From a candidate division WOR-3 bacterium (GTDB taxonomy: Bacteria > Hydrothermota > Tepidihabitantia > Tepidihabitantales > Tepidihabitantaceae), in the NCBI GenBank assembly GCA_965648905.1, contig CBFGIT010000001.1, forward strand, positions 32,001 through 96,000: DNA of 64,000 nt, in the 5' to 3' direction. Of this stretch, positions 54,384 through 64,000 are shown one piece after another. The position numbers and the translations under genes are program-made. The notes under the pieces were generated by a model, which saw only the letters and a list, made by a program, of their open reading frames with translations, did no database searches and was not told the DNA's origin. Within the stretch, counting starts at the first letter, position 1. The number at the start of each line of letters is the position of its first letter.

Positions 54384-54785
54384 ATGAAAACACTTGCCTG
54401 GATTCTTGGGGTCATTGCCCTCGGCCTCCTGGCCTACGTCGTCTATGTCCTGGTTGCATCCCGCAGCCAGCGGTCAGACTACATCTCATCGGCCGAAGTC
54501 AGCGCCGAGTCGATACGAGTTTACATTACCAGAGCGGCGGAACTGGAAGAGCGGGCCGACTCGCTGCGCCGGCGGCTGACCGAGCTGCGGCTTGTCGACC
54601 GGCCCGGGGTGCAGCTCCGCATCACCACTCTGGAGCGCGAGCTGGCCGGGCTGCGCCAGGCGATTGACGAGTGGCAGGCAGCACGCACCGGCATCGGCGG
54701 GCCGGCCGCATTCCGGCAGTGTGTGCTGCTCTACGGCCGGGCCTCAGGGGTGTGCGACGCCTTATCAATCGACACGCTCCACTAG
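54384..54785 (+). CDS. hypothetical membrane-anchored coiled-coil protein
   Basis: N-terminal TM segment; SD AAGGAAG; paralogous to the previous gene. Confidence 0.78.
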   Translation: MKTLAWILGVIALGLLAYVVYVLVASRSQRSDYISSAEVSAESIRVYITRAAELEERADSLRRRLTELRLVDRPGVQLRITTLERELAGLRQAIDEWQAARTGIGGPAAFRQCVLLYGRASGVCDALSIDTLH

Positions 54786-54802
54786 CCGGCTTCACACCCA
54801 GG

Positions 54803-56335
54803 ATGTTTGACCGCGTTCTCGTCCTCGACTTCGGCTCGCAGTACAACCAACTCATCGCCCGGCGGATCCGCGAGCTGGCGGTCTACAGCGAAATCGTTGC
54901 CCATGACATCGGGGCCGAGGAGGTTCTCGGCCGCAAGGCTCAGGCGCTGGTGCTTTCCGGCGGGCCGGCCAGCGTGCGCACGGCCCGGCCACCCCTACCC
55001 GACCCGGCAATCTTCAATCTCGGCATCCCGGTGCTCGGCATCTGCTACGGGATGCAGGCGATTGTGCAGATGCTGGGCGGCAGGGTTTCGGCCGGGCATC
55101 GGCGGGAGTTCGGGTTCGCGACGCTGAGCCAAACCCGGCCCAGCCCGCTGTTTGCCGGACTGCCCGGACGGTTCCAGGTCTGGATGAGTCACGGCGACAC
55201 TGTCACACGCCTGCCGCGCGGGTTCGCAAGGGTAGGCCTGACCGCGGACGTCGCCTGCGCGGCGTGCGCCGATGAGGAGCGCCGCATCTACGGGGTTCAG
55301 TTCCACCCGGAGGTTGCGCATACGCCGCTCGGTACGAGGCTGCTTGCCAACTTTGTGCTGGGGATTGCCCGGTGCCGGCCGGGCTGGACCATGCGGTCGT
55401 TCATCAAGGAGAAAACGCGCCTGATTCAGGAACTTACGGCCGGCGCGAAGGTGCTCTGCGCAGTTTCGGGTGGGGTTGATTCGTCGGTGCTGGCGGCGCT
55501 GCTGGCCCGGGCAGTGGGCCGGCGGCTGGCGGCCGTGTTTGTCGACAACGGGCTGCTCCGCCAGGGCGAGGCAGCCGAAGTCCGCCGCACCCTGGGCAGA
55601 CGGATGAACCTGCGCATCGTGAATGCTTCGGCCCGGTTCTACCGTGCGCTCCAAGGCGTCGCCGACCCGGAGCGGAAACGGAAGCTCATCGGCCGTGAGT
55701 TCATCAGGGTATTCGAAGAAGAAGCGGCGCGAACCGGCCCGGTCCGGTTCCTTGCCCAAGGCACACTCTACCCGGACCTGATTGAGTCCCGGTCGGCATT
55801 CGGCGGGCCGTCAGCAACCATCAAGACCCATCACAACGTCGGCGGGCTGCCGAGCCGGATGAAGCTTGAGCTGATCGAACCGCTGCGCGAGCTGTTCAAA
55901 GACGAAGTCCGCAGTCTGGGACGGGTTCTGGGGCTGCCTGAGTCCCTGATAAGGCGCCATCCTTTTCCCGGCCCGGGGCTGGCCGTGCGTATCATCGGCG
56001 CGGTGACGCCTGAGCGGGTCCGGCTGCTTAGGGCCGCGGACCACATCTTTATTTCGGAACTGCGCGAGGCCGGGCTTTACGACCAGGTGTGGCAGGCGCT
56101 TGCTGTGCTCTTGCCGGTTCGATCGGTGGGGGTGATGGGTGATAAGCGGACCTACGAGAACGTCGTCGCGCTGCGCGCGGTTACCTCACTCGACGCGATG
56201 ACTGCAGACTGGGCCCGGCTGCCCGAGGGTTTGCTCGCCCGGGTTGCCGGCCGGATTGTGAATGAGGTCCGGGGCATCAACCGCGTGGTTTATGATATCA
56301 CCTCAAAGCCGCCGGCAACGATTGAATGGGAATGA
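54803..56335 (+). CDS. guaA: GMP synthase (glutamine-hydrolysing)
   Basis: LDFGSQY, GICYGMQ, QFHPEV, SGGVDS, IKTHHNVGG, KPPATIEWE. Confidence 0.98.
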   Translation: MFDRVLVLDFGSQYNQLIARRIRELAVYSEIVAHDIGAEEVLGRKAQALVLSGGPASVRTARPPLPDPAIFNLGIPVLGICYGMQAIVQMLGGRVSAGHRREFGFATLSQTRPSPLFAGLPGRFQVWMSHGDTVTRLPRGFARVGLTADVACAACADEERRIYGVQFHPEVAHTPLGTRLLANFVLGIARCRPGWTMRSFIKEKTRLIQELTAGAKVLCAVSGGVDSSVLAALLARAVGRRLAAVFVDNGLLRQGEAAEVRRTLGRRMNLRIVNASARFYRALQGVADPERKRKLIGREFIRVFEEEAARTGPVRFLAQGTLYPDLIESRSAFGGPSATIKTHHNVGGLPSRMKLELIEPLRELFKDEVRSLGRVLGLPESLIRRHPFPGPGLAVRIIGAVTPERVRLLRAADHIFISELREAGLYDQVWQALAVLLPVRSVGVMGDKRTYENVVALRAVTSLDAMTADWARLPEGLLARVAGRIVNEVRGINRVVYDITSKPPATIEWE

Positions 56336-56340
56336 CGGGC

Positions 56341-56458
56341 GGAGAGCAGAAGGCTGAATGCAAGTATCAAAGTGCAAGCGGCGGACAGCGGGCATCAGGT
56401 CAAAGGTCAAAGTGCAAAATGGCGGAAGGCGAATGGCGAATAGCGAACGGCGAACGCT
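56341..56458 (+). repeat. degenerate heptamer tandem array
   Basis: AAGTATC/AAAGTGC/AAAGGTC and GGCGAAT/GGCGAAT/AGCGAAC/GGCGAAC units. Confidence 0.7.
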
Positions 56459-57236
56459 GGTCTGGATAGTGTTTGCCGCTGGTCTTATCGGGCTGTGGGG
56501 CTGCGGGGTTCATGAACAGGGTCTGGCCCTGGCTCCGCCCGAGTGGCAGGATGGCGAGCGGGCCGGGTATGAGGTGGTGCGGAATGACTCGGTGGTTTAT
56601 CGGACCTCGGTGAGGGTGGAACTGAGTGAGGAGGTCGCCGGGGTTGCCGGGGTCCGGGTCCCGACGGTTGTGGTGACGAGCGCGGTCGAGCCGGGCGAAG
56701 GCGGCGACTATTTTTTCGATTCGCTGACCGTGGTACTGCGCCGCGACAGTCTTCGGCCGCTCCGCTCGTACCGGAGCATCACGAGCGGGGTGTCGGAGCT
56801 TGAGGTGGCGGCCCGGTTTGAGCCGGGCCGGGCCGTGATTACGAAAACAACCGTCGACGGAGTGCAGGAGGGGTCGGTCAGTCTGCCCAGATGGTGTTAC
56901 AGCCAGGATGCGCTTGGGACCCTGCTCAGGGCGGTGCCCCTGTCGCCGGGAATGTCCTCGCGCACCAGCTTGGTTGTGCCGGTCGACTTCCGGGTCGTGC
57001 CGGTGAAGATTCAGGTCTTGGGAACGAAGCTCATTGCCACCGGGCTAGGTGATGTCCTGTGCCGCGAGGTTGCGGTATCGGCCCCGGGCCGGGAAACCCG
57101 GTTCTGGATTGAGCTGGCTGAGCCGCGCCGGTTCGTCGGCCTGCGCGACCTTCAGACCGGGATTATCCTGCGGCTTGTTTCGTATCAGCCCGGCGGTCAG
57201 GAGCCGACCAGTCAGCCGGCCCCTTCAACCTTCTGA
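56433..57236 (+). CDS. hypothetical lipoprotein (possibly DUF3108-like)
   Basis: Lipobox LWGC; beta-rich; start uncertain because it lies in the heptamer array. Confidence 0.7.
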   Translation: MANSERRTLVWIVFAAGLIGLWGCGVHEQGLALAPPEWQDGERAGYEVVRNDSVVYRTSVRVELSEEVAGVAGVRVPTVVVTSAVEPGEGGDYFFDSLTVVLRRDSLRPLRSYRSITSGVSELEVAARFEPGRAVITKTTVDGVQEGSVSLPRWCYSQDALGTLLRAVPLSPGMSSRTSLVVPVDFRVVPVKIQVLGTKLIATGLGDVLCREVAVSAPGRETRFWIELAEPRRFVGLRDLQTGIILRLVSYQPGGQEPTSQPAPSTF

Positions 57237-57291
57237 CCCCGCCCTCCTCCCCTCTGCATTCTGCCTTCAGCATTCCGTTATTCGCTGTCCG

Positions 57292-58299
57292 TCATTTTGC
57301 ACTTTGCCTTCTGCCTTCTGGTTTCTGCCTTCGGTATTCCGTCTTCTCCAGATACAGCAGCAGCCGCTCCATGTCCGCGGGCAGGGGCGATGAGAACTCA
57401 ATGTACTCCCCGGTTCGGGGGTGGTTGAATCCAAGCCGGCAGGCGTGAAGTGCCTGGCGTTTCATCAGGGTGAGGATGTGTCGGAACGCGGCCGCGTGGT
57501 CAGTTCGCGTGAGCACAGCCGGGCTGCGGCCGCCGTACTCCGGGTCGCCGACGACCGGGTGGCCGATGTGCTGGAGATGAACCCGGATCTGATGGGTGCG
57601 GCCGGTCTTGAGCCTGAGTCGGAGCAGGGTGCTGATGCCGTAGCGGCGGAAGACTTCGTAGTTCGTCAGGGCTTCGCGGGAGGCAAAGGGCGTGACCGCC
57701 ATCCGGGTCCGGTCGATGGTGTGACGGCCGATCGGTGCGTCGACAGTTCCTTCGTCGAGTTCGAGGTCGCCCCAGCAGAATGCGGCGTATTCGCGGACCA
57801 CGCTGCGGAGTTCAATCTGCCGGCCGAGCGCGCGCAGGGCCTGGTCGGTCTTGGCGAACATCAACAGGCCGGTGGTGTCTTTGTCAAGGCGGTGGACCAC
57901 GCCGGGCCGGCAGAGGGAGTCCGGGCGCAGGGGCAGGGTTTGACAGTGATACAGGAGTCCGTTGACGAGTGTATGATGCCGGTTGCCGCGGGCCGGGTGG
58001 ACGACGATGCCGGCTGGTTTGTCGAGCACGAGCACATCCTGGTCTTCGTAGACGATGGCGAGTTCGAGCGGCTCGGGCTCAAGGGTAAGCTCGGGCTCAG
58101 GTTCGTACTCGGCGGTGACGAGGTCGCCGGGTTTGACCCGGTAGCTGGGTTTGACCCGGCCCGAGTTTACCAGGACTCTTCCTTCGTCGACCAAGGCCGC
58201 GGCTTTGGTGCGTGAGAGACCGAGTCCGGAGAGGACGAGGTACTGATCGAGCCGCTTGCCCCAGAGTCGGTCGGACGCGACCCGCTCAAAGCGCTTCAT
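57292..58299 (-). CDS. rluD: RluA/RluD family pseudouridine synthase with S4 domain
   Basis: RLDQYL, KPAGIVVHP, VHRLDKDTTG, TGRTHQIRVH, RQALHA. Confidence 0.94.
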   Translation of the reverse strand: MKRFERVASDRLWGKRLDQYLVLSGLGLSRTKAAALVDEGRVLVNSGRVKPSYRVKPGDLVTAEYEPEPELTLEPEPLELAIVYEDQDVLVLDKPAGIVVHPARGNRHHTLVNGLLYHCQTLPLRPDSLCRPGVVHRLDKDTTGLLMFAKTDQALRALGRQIELRSVVREYAAFCWGDLELDEGTVDAPIGRHTIDRTRMAVTPFASREALTNYEVFRRYGISTLLRLRLKTGRTHQIRVHLQHIGHPVVGDPEYGGRSPAVLTRTDHAAAFRHILTLMKRQALHACRLGFNHPRTGEYIEFSSPLPADMERLLLYLEKTEYRRQKPEGRRQSAK

Positions 58300-59002
58300 G
58301 CGTCACTCGACCGATTGCCGCAAAGGCAGGCTGAACCCCGCGTTCGGCGCATTCCATGAGTTGACGAAACTCCTCCTGAGTCAAGGGCACCCGTTCGGCC
58401 GTGCACTGGACCTCGACCAGGCGTCCGCTCCGGGTGAGGACGAAATTTGCGTCCGTGTCGGCACGGGCGTCTTCTTCGTAGGTCAGGTCGACTAGGGTCT
58501 GGCCGGCAACAATGCCGCAGCTTATCCCGGCAACCGGTTCGATGACCGGGTTGCGTTCAATTGCCCCCTGTTTGAGCAGGCAGGCAACCGCCTGCTGCAG
58601 GGCAGCGAATCCGCCGGTTACGGCCAGGGCTCTGGTGCCGCCGTCAGCCTGAATCACGTCGCAGTCGACGATGAGCTGGGATTCGCCCAGGGCCGAGAGG
58701 TCGCATACCGCGCGCAGGCTGCGGCCCAGAAACCGTCTTATCTCCTGGGTCCGGCCGCCAGGGCCCGCGGTCTCGCGCGGGGTCCGTTCGTGCGTCGAGC
58801 GGGGCAGGAGGCTGTACTCCGCGGTCACCCAGCCCTGGCCGCTGCCGACGAGAAACCTCGGAACGCGGCGTTCAAAGGAGACCGCACAGAGCACCCTGGT
58901 GTTCCCGGCGACGGCGAGGCACGACCCTTCAGCATAGCGCAGAAACCCGCGCTCCAGACTGACCGGCCTTGGTTCGTCCGGCCTTCGTCCGTCCAGCCTC
59001 AC
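58286..59002 (-). CDS. rph: ribonuclease PH
   Basis: GWVTAEYSLLP, GRTQEIRR, DCDVIQADGGTR, DL.YEED. Confidence 0.96.
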   Translation of the reverse strand: MRLDGRRPDEPRPVSLERGFLRYAEGSCLAVAGNTRVLCAVSFERRVPRFLVGSGQGWVTAEYSLLPRSTHERTPRETAGPGGRTQEIRRFLGRSLRAVCDLSALGESQLIVDCDVIQADGGTRALAVTGGFAALQQAVACLLKQGAIERNPVIEPVAGISCGIVAGQTLVDLTYEEDARADTDANFVLTRSGRLVEVQCTAERVPLTQEEFRQLMECAERGVQPAFAAIGRVTHEAL

Positions 59003-59014
59003 TTACATCTCCGC

Positions 59015-59110
59015 GGTTCGCCGTTCGCCATTCGCCGTTCGCCATTCGCTGCCCGCCATCTTGCACTTTGATACTTGCACTTTGCCTTCTGCATTCAGCC
59101 CTCGCCCTGC
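59015..59110 (-). repeat. degenerate heptamer tandem array
   Basis: TTCGCCG/TTCGCCA repeats and TTGCACT/TTGATAC units; reverse complement shares TGCAAGTATCAAAGTGCAAG with 56341-56458. Confidence 0.75.
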
Positions 59111-59114
59111 CTCC

Positions 59115-59936
59115 TCAGTCCTCGCTCCTTGCCAGAGTCACGCGAACCGCATCACCGACCGGCGCGCCGAGAAACCGGCCGGCGACTTCTTCCAGACCAG
59201 GACTCAGGTCGGTCAGGTACACCCGCAACTCGCCCGGCGCCGTCCGCCTGGCGCCGTCCGCTTCGGTCGAATCGCCCACGACCAGTTGCGCCACGGTCTC
59301 GGCGGTCGCCGTGGCTGAGTCGACTACCCGCACCCCGTCCCCGACCACGCGGGCGACTACCGGGGCAAGCAGCGGGAAGTGCGTGCAACCAAGCAGCAGG
59401 GCGTCAATCCCTTCTTCAACAAGACCGCCCAAGTACTTCCGGCATACCTGCTCAACCACCGGCCCGTCAACCCAACCTTCTTCGGCCAGGGCAACGAGCA
59501 GAGGCGTCGCTTTGGCCACCACTTCAATCCCGGGTCTCATTCTCCGCACGGCACGTTCGTACGCCCCGGCCCGGATTGTTGCACTCGTGCCGATTACCCC
59601 GACCCGCGATGAGCGCGTGGCCTGCACCAGAGCCTGTGCGCCCGGCTCGACCACGCCGACTACCGGAACCCGCAGCCGCCGAACAAGCTCCGGCAATGCC
59701 ACCGAAGAGGCGGAGTGGCAGGCGACCACGATTGCCCTTGCTCCGCGCCTGAGCAGGAAGCCGGCGTCATCAAGCGCAAACCGGACAATTGTCTCCGCCG
59801 ACTTCGTGCCATACGGGAACCGGGCAACGTCACCCAGATAGTCGATGTCCTGTTCCGGCAACAGGCGCCGGAGTTCGCGCACGACGGTCAGTCCGCCGAT
59901 TCCTGAGTCGAACACGCCGAGCGGGCCGGGGTTCAT
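59115..59936 (-). CDS. murI: glutamate racemase
   Basis: GVFDSGIGGLTV, PYGTKS, VACHSAS, LGCTHFP. Confidence 0.96.
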   Translation of the reverse strand: MNPGPLGVFDSGIGGLTVVRELRRLLPEQDIDYLGDVARFPYGTKSAETIVRFALDDAGFLLRRGARAIVVACHSASSVALPELVRRLRVPVVGVVEPGAQALVQATRSSRVGVIGTSATIRAGAYERAVRRMRPGIEVVAKATPLLVALAEEGWVDGPVVEQVCRKYLGGLVEEGIDALLLGCTHFPLLAPVVARVVGDGVRVVDSATATAETVAQLVVGDSTEADGARRTAPGELRVYLTDLSPGLEEVAGRFLGAPVGDAVRVTLARSED

Positions 59937-61405
59937 TTCTCGCTCTTCGTCTCTTCTTGGTACCGACGGGCAAAGGTGATGATTCCGCGCGCGATGCCTT
60001 CGGCCAGGCGTTCGCGATGCGCCTCGGTGCGGAGGAGCTTGTCTTCGCTTCGGTTGCTCAAGAACCCGCATTCGACAAGGACCGCAGGCATGTAGGTATT
60101 CCGGAGCACGTAGAAGCCGGCCTGGCGCACGCCCCGGTCGAGAATCCGGGCATGGGCGGCAGTTGCTTCCTGAATCCGGGCGGCAAGTTCGCTCGACTCC
60201 CAGAGAAACTCGTTCTGTGCCAGGTCGGCGAGAATCAGGCCGACGTCGTCGCCCGGCCCGGGGTCGCTGGGGCCGCTCAGTTCCAGGGCGGCGTTCTCGC
60301 GGGCAGCCACCGCCCGCTCCCAGTCGGTCTTTGCCTCGGACAGGAAGTAGGTCTCAAGCCCGCACGCTCCCCGGTTCGGCGACGCGTTGGCGTGAATGCT
60401 CACGAAGACGCTGCCGTTCGCCTTGCGCGTTTCGCCTTTCGCCACGCGCTCTCCGCCGTTGCCAATCCGACTCCGCTCACCGAGACTGACAAACGCGTCC
60501 GAACTCCGGGTCATCACCACCTCAAACCCGGCTCGCTCCAGCTTTTTCCTGAGCCGGGTGGCGATATCGAGGACGATCCGCTTCTCCTGTGTGCCCCGAG
60601 CGCTCACCGCACCCGGGTCGGTGCCACCGTGCCCCGGGTCAAGCACGACGCGTTCCATCTTTCGGTTCGGCCGGGGCCACGCCGCGAAGCTGAATCCGGG
60701 CCGGTCGGCCAGCTCCAGAACTTGCACGTTGACCGGCCGGTCGAAGATGAACGTCAGTACGGTCGAGCGGGTTGTATCAGCCGCGACCCGCCGGACAAGA
60801 CCGTTGGTCTGGACTGGAACCTGGGCCAGCTTTCGCTCCACGCCCGAATCCAGCCGCGCGGCCAGACTCACCCGATACTCCAGACTCGACACCTGCTCCC
60901 CACCAGCCGTTGACCGTCCTTCCAGTCCCTCGGCGGCGAGCATCACCTCAACCACGGCAGTCTCGGCCCGACACCAGGCCCGTACCGACGCGAGTACCGC
61001 GCCGCTGCCGCCGGACAGAAGCCCCAGGGCTGATACCGGAACGAATAGCCTTCCGCCAAGTTCAACACAGGGTTCAGGCAGGCGCAGGCGCGCGCCCGCA
61101 ACATGAACAGAAAGAGAATCCGCCCAGAACACCCACTCACTGCTCCTGCTGCCCGGGCCGGGCACAACCGCCACAAAACTCCGGTCCACACACCACCACC
61201 TCCCGCCCACCGCACCCACAACATCGGCAAACCCCACGAACTCCCTGCCCGCCAGACGCAAGCAGGGCAGCTCGGCTCCGGCAAAACGCACAACCGCCGC
61301 ACCCCCGCCTGCCTCAACACCAGCCGGACCAAAGACCAGCAGGAACAGCACAAGACCAAAGGCGAACGGCGAAAGGCGAAAGGCGAAAGGCGAGCTGGCC
61401 ATCAC
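59933..61405 (-). CDS. amiC: N-acetylmuramoyl-L-alanine amidase (Amidase_3)
   Basis: VLDPGHGG.DPGA, EK, FVSIHANA, PAVLVECGFLSN. Confidence 0.9.
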   Translation of the reverse strand: MMASSPFAFRLSPFAFGLVLFLLVFGPAGVEAGGGAAVVRFAGAELPCLRLAGREFVGFADVVGAVGGRWWCVDRSFVAVVPGPGSRSSEWVFWADSLSVHVAGARLRLPEPCVELGGRLFVPVSALGLLSGGSGAVLASVRAWCRAETAVVEVMLAAEGLEGRSTAGGEQVSSLEYRVSLAARLDSGVERKLAQVPVQTNGLVRRVAADTTRSTVLTFIFDRPVNVQVLELADRPGFSFAAWPRPNRKMERVVLDPGHGGTDPGAVSARGTQEKRIVLDIATRLRKKLERAGFEVVMTRSSDAFVSLGERSRIGNGGERVAKGETRKANGSVFVSIHANASPNRGACGLETYFLSEAKTDWERAVAARENAALELSGPSDPGPGDDVGLILADLAQNEFLWESSELAARIQEATAAHARILDRGVRQAGFYVLRNTYMPAVLVECGFLSNRSEDKLLRTEAHRERLAEGIARGIITFARRYQEETKSEK

Positions 61406-62265
61406 TCCTCAAACAGAGCCCGGGCAAAGGCCGCCGGGTCGAACTCATCAAGGTCGTCGATCGTCTCGCCGGTACCGATGAACCGGATCGGTACACCGAG
61501 TTCCATGACCACCGGCACAAGCACGCCGCCGCGCGCTGTGCCGTCGAGTTTCGTGACCACGAGCCCGGTCAACCGGAGACGTTCGTTGAAAGCCTGGGCC
61601 TGACGCAGCCCGTTCTGCCCGACGGTCGCATCAAGCACGAGCCAGACGTCGTCCGGCGCACCGGGCTTGAGCCGGGCACACACCCGCTGAATCTTGACGA
61701 CCTCATCCATCAAGTCCTGACGGGTGTGGAGCCGGCCCGCGGTGTCGATGAGCACGATGTCGAGGTTTCGGCTGAGCGCTTTCTGGACCGCGTCGAACGC
61801 CACGGCGGCAGCGTCCTGGCCCTGAGCCGAGAACACGATTTCGACCTCGGCGCGCTCGGCCCAGACCCCAAGCTGGCGGGAAGCAGCGTCACGGTACGTG
61901 TCCGCCGCGGCCACGACCACGCGCCGGCCGTCACGGACAAAGTAGCGACAGAGCTTGCCGACCGTGGTTGTCTTGCCCGAGCCGTTGACACCGACCAGCA
62001 TGATGACACGAGGAACCGTAAGTGACGAGTCACGAATGACCGGCACGGAAGGCGTGAGCAGTCGGGTGATCTCGGCCTCGAGCGCGGCCCGCCGGTCCGA
62101 ACCGGCGTGTTCGATCCGGTCGAGCAGGAGTCCGGTGGCCTTGACGCCGACGTCGGTTGAGAGGAGCAGTTCCTCCAGCTCGGTCGTGTCAGCAGCAACC
62201 AGCAGACGCCGAAACGCCTTGCGGGTCCTGCTCAAGCCGGCTTTCAGCCGATCGAAAAGAGTCAC
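61402..62265 (-). CDS. ftsY: signal recognition particle receptor
   Basis: GVNGSGKTTT, DTYR.AA, DTAGRLH, TKLDGTARGG. Confidence 0.96.
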   Translation of the reverse strand: MTLFDRLKAGLSRTRKAFRRLLVAADTTELEELLLSTDVGVKATGLLLDRIEHAGSDRRAALEAEITRLLTPSVPVIRDSSLTVPRVIMLVGVNGSGKTTTVGKLCRYFVRDGRRVVVAAADTYRDAASRQLGVWAERAEVEIVFSAQGQDAAAVAFDAVQKALSRNLDIVLIDTAGRLHTRQDLMDEVVKIQRVCARLKPGAPDDVWLVLDATVGQNGLRQAQAFNERLRLTGLVVTKLDGTARGGVLVPVVMELGVPIRFIGTGETIDDLDEFDPAAFARALFEE

Positions 62266-62308
62266 CAGGCAGAAGTCAGAAGGCAGAAATCAGAAGGCAG
62301 AATGGCGG

Positions 62309-64000
62309 TCATGCGGGCGCTGGTTCGGGTTCGGGCGTGCGGTATCCGGCGAGTTTGACCGAGATGAGTTTCGAGATGCCCGGTTCTTCCGCGGTGACCC
62401 CGAAGACGACGTCGGCCCGTTCGACCGTCAAACGGTTGTGAGTGATGATGACGACCTGGGTGGCGTGGGCGATGCGGCGCAGGTAGTCGGCGAAGCGGGC
62501 CGCGTTGGCGTCGTCGAGCGGAGCGTCGACTTCGTCCAAGAAGCAGAAGGGTGCCGGGGTAACCTGGTAGAGGGCGAAGAGGAGCGAGAGGGCAAGGAGG
62601 GCTTTTTCGCCGTCGGAGAGCTGTTCGAGGCGTTTGGGGTTCTTGCCCCGAGGTTTGGCAATGATGGCGATTTCCGATTCGAGGGGGTTGGCTTCGTCGA
62701 GGAGAACCAGGTCGGCTTCGCCTTCGAGGAAGAGCTGTTTGAAGGCCTGCTGGAATCCGGCCCGGACGCCGGAGTAAGTCGCGAGGAACTGGTCGCGGGC
62801 GTGCTGGTCGATTTCGGCAAGGGTCTGGTTGAGGTTGAGCCGGGCCTGAGCGACGTCCTCGCGCTGGCGGCGGAGGTTCTGGAGGTCGAGCTTCTCCCGG
62901 CTGTAGTCGGTGTCGGCAAGGGGGTTGACCTGACCGAGTGCAAGGAGGCGCTGGCGCAGGGCAGCGAGGCGGGCGGCAGCGTCGGGCAGGGTCTGAGGCT
63001 GGAGCCGGGTGATGTCGGTGCCGCAGGTCGTTTTCGCCTCGTCGGCGATTGCCGCGAGGCGCAGGGCGATTTCGCGGAGCCGGAGCCGCTGGTCGAGGAG
63101 CAGGGATTGCTCACGTTCCTGGCCGGCGCGGAGTTCGCTCAGGTTCTGTTCGAGTTCTTCTTCGGACTGGGCAAGGTCGGCAAACTGGAGCCGGTCTAGT
63201 TCGGCTTCGAGGTGCAGAAGCTGGTGGCGGGCCTGGTCGAGTTCGAGCGCAGCGTCGGCGGTCTGGCGTTCGAGGGCGGCGGCATCGTCATGGCAGTTGG
63301 CGGCGGTGAGTTCGAGTTCGGCGATGCGGCGGCGCGCCTCGTCAATCTGACGTTTGGCAAAGGCGCTCTCGATTTCGAGGCGGGAGAGGGTCTCGCGCGC
63401 GCGGCCGAGTTCGGCGAGGAGTTCGGCCGATCGTTCGAGTCCGGCGCGAACCAGTTGTTCCTGGGCCGCGACGTCCTGACCCGACTGCTCGAGCAGTGCT
63501 GCCGTTGCCTCAACCCGGGATGAGTTCTGGGCGAGCCGGGTCTGGACATCGGAGAGTGAAGCCGGGGCAGAGCAGGACCGGCCCGGGCGGGCCTGGAGAC
63601 GTTCGTGTTCGCGTTCGAGTTCGTCAACCTGAGCCGCCAGGGCACTGCGGAGGGCGTCCTGGGTATGAGCCTGGCGCTGGAGGTCGGCCAGCTCGACCTC
63701 GCGCACGCCCAGGTCGTTCTCAATTTCGTCGCGGCGCTGAAGAAGCTGCGCTTCGTCGGATGAGAGCCGGGCCTGTTCGGTTTCGATTTCGGCGAGGCGG
63801 CGGAGATGCTCATCGCCGAGCCGCGGCGCGCCGAACGGGCCGGGACCGGTTCCGGCAATGATGAGTCGGCCATCGCTTGAGCGGCACCAGCCGTCCTGGG
63901 TTACGAAGGACCAGTCCGGATGAGCCGCGGCCAGGCGGTCAAGGTCGGCAACGCCGGCCACAACCAGACAGCGCCGAACCATGGCGACGAGGGGCGCAGG
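62309..64000 (-). CDS. smc: chromosome segregation protein SMC, C-terminal part (5' end outside the window)
   Basis: Long coiled coil; LG.VN..A, signature LSDGEK, Walker B/D-loop LDEVDAPLD, IITHN. Confidence 0.93.
   Translation of the reverse strand, partial: PAPLVAMVRRCLVVAGVADLDRLAAAHPDWSFVTQDGWCRSSDGRLIIAGTGPGPFGAPRLGDEHLRRLAEIETEQARLSSDEAQLLQRRDEIENDLGVREVELADLQRQAHTQDALRSALAAQVDELEREHERLQARPGRSCSAPASLSDVQTRLAQNSSRVEATAALLEQSGQDVAAQEQLVRAGLERSAELLAELGRARETLSRLEIESAFAKRQIDEARRRIAELELTAANCHDDAAALERQTADAALELDQARHQLLHLEAELDRLQFADLAQSEEELEQNLSELRAGQEREQSLLLDQRLRLREIALRLAAIADEAKTTCGTDITRLQPQTLPDAAARLAALRQRLLALGQVNPLADTDYSREKLDLQNLRRQREDVAQARLNLNQTLAEIDQHARDQFLATYSGVRAGFQQAFKQLFLEGEADLVLLDEANPLESEIAIIAKPRGKNPKRLEQLSDGEKALLALSLLFALYQVTPAPFCFLDEVDAPLDDANAARFADYLRRIAHATQVVIITHNRLTVERADVVFGVTAEEPGISKLISVKLAGYRTPEPEPAPA

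Noticed and set aside
56341..59110. CRISPR array in the short-repeat regions
   Set aside because: The units are 7-nt degenerate tandem repeats with no spacers and no cas genes.
1..64000. Genome-wide UGA reassignment (code 4 or 25)
   Set aside because: Conserved genes such as guaA, nnr, pyrF and ftsY end at TGA at their expected C-termini, and TGG encodes Trp.

Overview
A GC-rich bacterial chromosome segment using the standard code (TGA ends many genes and TGG encodes Trp). It most resembles an FCB-superphylum diderm such as candidate division WOR-3, inferred from T9SS-type C-terminal sorting domains (CTDs), a C25 peptidase and CARDB/Kelch surface proteins. Housekeeping genes include folK-dNK-panB-panC, cspA, nnr, ygiQ, ruvX-mltG, pyrK-pyrD-pyrF-pyrE, holA-leuS-guaA and smc-ftsY-amiC-murI-rph-rluD. 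These are mixed with CTD-bearing secreted proteins and a non-pyrrolysine MttB/corrinoid/split-MetH cluster. Main observations: (1) Two unrelated secreted proteins are each interrupted by one in-frame TGA in the same G-TGA-G-T context, with a hairpin 11 nt downstream, one closely resembling the E. coli fdhF SECIS. They are candidate new selenoproteins whose export signal is added only on UGA read-through. (2) An isolated 126-aa ORF resembles the SIRV2-fold capsid protein of filamentous archaeal viruses and is flanked by degenerate 12-nt-periodic tracts. (3) A ~40-nt palindromic element is inserted in frame into several proteins. (4) A CTD plus 3' hairpin cassette is shared at nucleotide level between unrelated genes. 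(5) A 14-aa poly-Lys micro-ORF has its own promoter, SD and terminator. (6) Promoters are mostly 16-bp spaced and often leaderless. No rRNA, tRNA, CRISPR array or transposase was recognised. All family calls are by eye from motifs, with no database searches.
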